DNA from: Anaeramoeba ignava BMAN
Taxonomy: Eukaryota > Protista > Anaeramoebae
Reading direction: 5' to 3'
Length of the DNA stretch: 64,000 nt
Assembly (NCBI GenBank): GCA_028826165.1
Contig: JAPDFW010000067.1
Span: 124,001-188,000 of the forward strand
In this document: piece by piece, positions 63,491 to 64,000 of the stretch
Layout of the letters: each line of letters starts with the position of its first letter
How positions within the stretch are numbered: the first letter of the stretch is position 1
Notes under the pieces: generated by a model
Seen by the model: only the letters and a program-made list of their open reading frames with translations
Told to the model about the DNA's origin: nothing
Databases searched by the model: none
Translations under genes and position numbers: made by a program

Positions 63491-64000
63491 CCTTCAAATA
63501 ACATCCTATTGGAAAAAACAATCACAAAACATAACACCAACTAACTTTTTCGGTAACGAAAAAAAAGATTTCAGTAAAAACACTTCAAGAAAAAGACAAA
63601 TCTATTCCACTTTCCCATTCCGGTCAGATTTCATTGAAAACAAAGCAAAGGAATTTAGCGATCAAGCAACAATCGATTTCACACTTGCATCAATAGCACT
63701 TTGCGTGACACAATTCACACAATCACGAAACATATCACTAGCAGTTTGTTGTTACAACTCGTTCATCTACACAGATCAAGACTTCCATCTTTTGGAATTC
63801 AATCCGTATCTCCTGAATATACAAACAACAGAATCGCGCACTTTCAACGATTTGGTCACGAATATCGCACAGAAAAGAAAAGAAATCCAACCGTTCCAAG
63901 AATTCCCGTTTTCGGAATTTTTTTCAAGTGAAGAAATGCTTCAATCCAAATCAAAAGATGAAAAAAAAACGTTTCCTTGCAAAATTTTAGTTGTTTTTGA
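63491..64000 (+). CDS. Partial exon encoding the C-terminal lobe of an NRPS condensation-like domain; runs off the window
   Basis: Frame from 63492: LQITSYWKKQSQNITPTNF...FIENKAKEFSDQATIDFTLASIALCVTQFTQSRNISLAV...FNPYLLNIQTTESRTFNDLVTNIAQKRKEIQPFQEFPFSEF; open to 64000 and absent from the ORF track. Confidence 0.65.

Noticed and set aside
63701-63931. 76-aa ORF listed in the track
   Set aside because: An off-frame overlap; the longer frame from 63492 carries the condensation-like pattern

Overview
Very AT-rich, gene-dense eukaryotic DNA with spliceosomal GT-AG introns and the standard genetic code. It comes from a protist; the composition, the (TTTTCA)n initiator-like leaders and the N/Q low-complexity coding suggest an anaerobic metamonad such as Anaeramoeba, but that assignment is my inference. 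I spliced about 24 genes by hand: a VASt sterol-transfer protein, five small tandem tail-anchored N/Q-rich paralogs, a protein with three winged-helix-like repeats, an SSXT+SANT protein, presenilin, a large BEACH/WD40 protein, a CYTH enzyme, a SatP/YaaH/Gpr1 acetate-channel homolog, Rbx1, a divergent Rab, a plant-type WD40-like protein, signal peptide peptidase, an RBM5/10-like factor, a LOTUS/Egl-like wHTH protein, a PSI-like membrane protein, a PP6-like probable pseudophosphatase, a USP9/24/34-like deubiquitinase, Cdc7, a CEP70-like protein and, at the right edge, an NRPS condensation-domain-like exon. The most notable features are four. (1) Kilobase introns are each filled with their own tandem repeat, nearly G-free on the sense strand. 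(2) Microexons of 7, 8 and 13 nt are needed to keep reading frames. (3) The NRPS-like exon has an acceptor but no visible first exon, donor or ATG. (4) Tandem TCATTT initiator clusters mark very short bidirectional promoters. No CRISPR array, tRNA, rRNA, intein or transposase was recognised.
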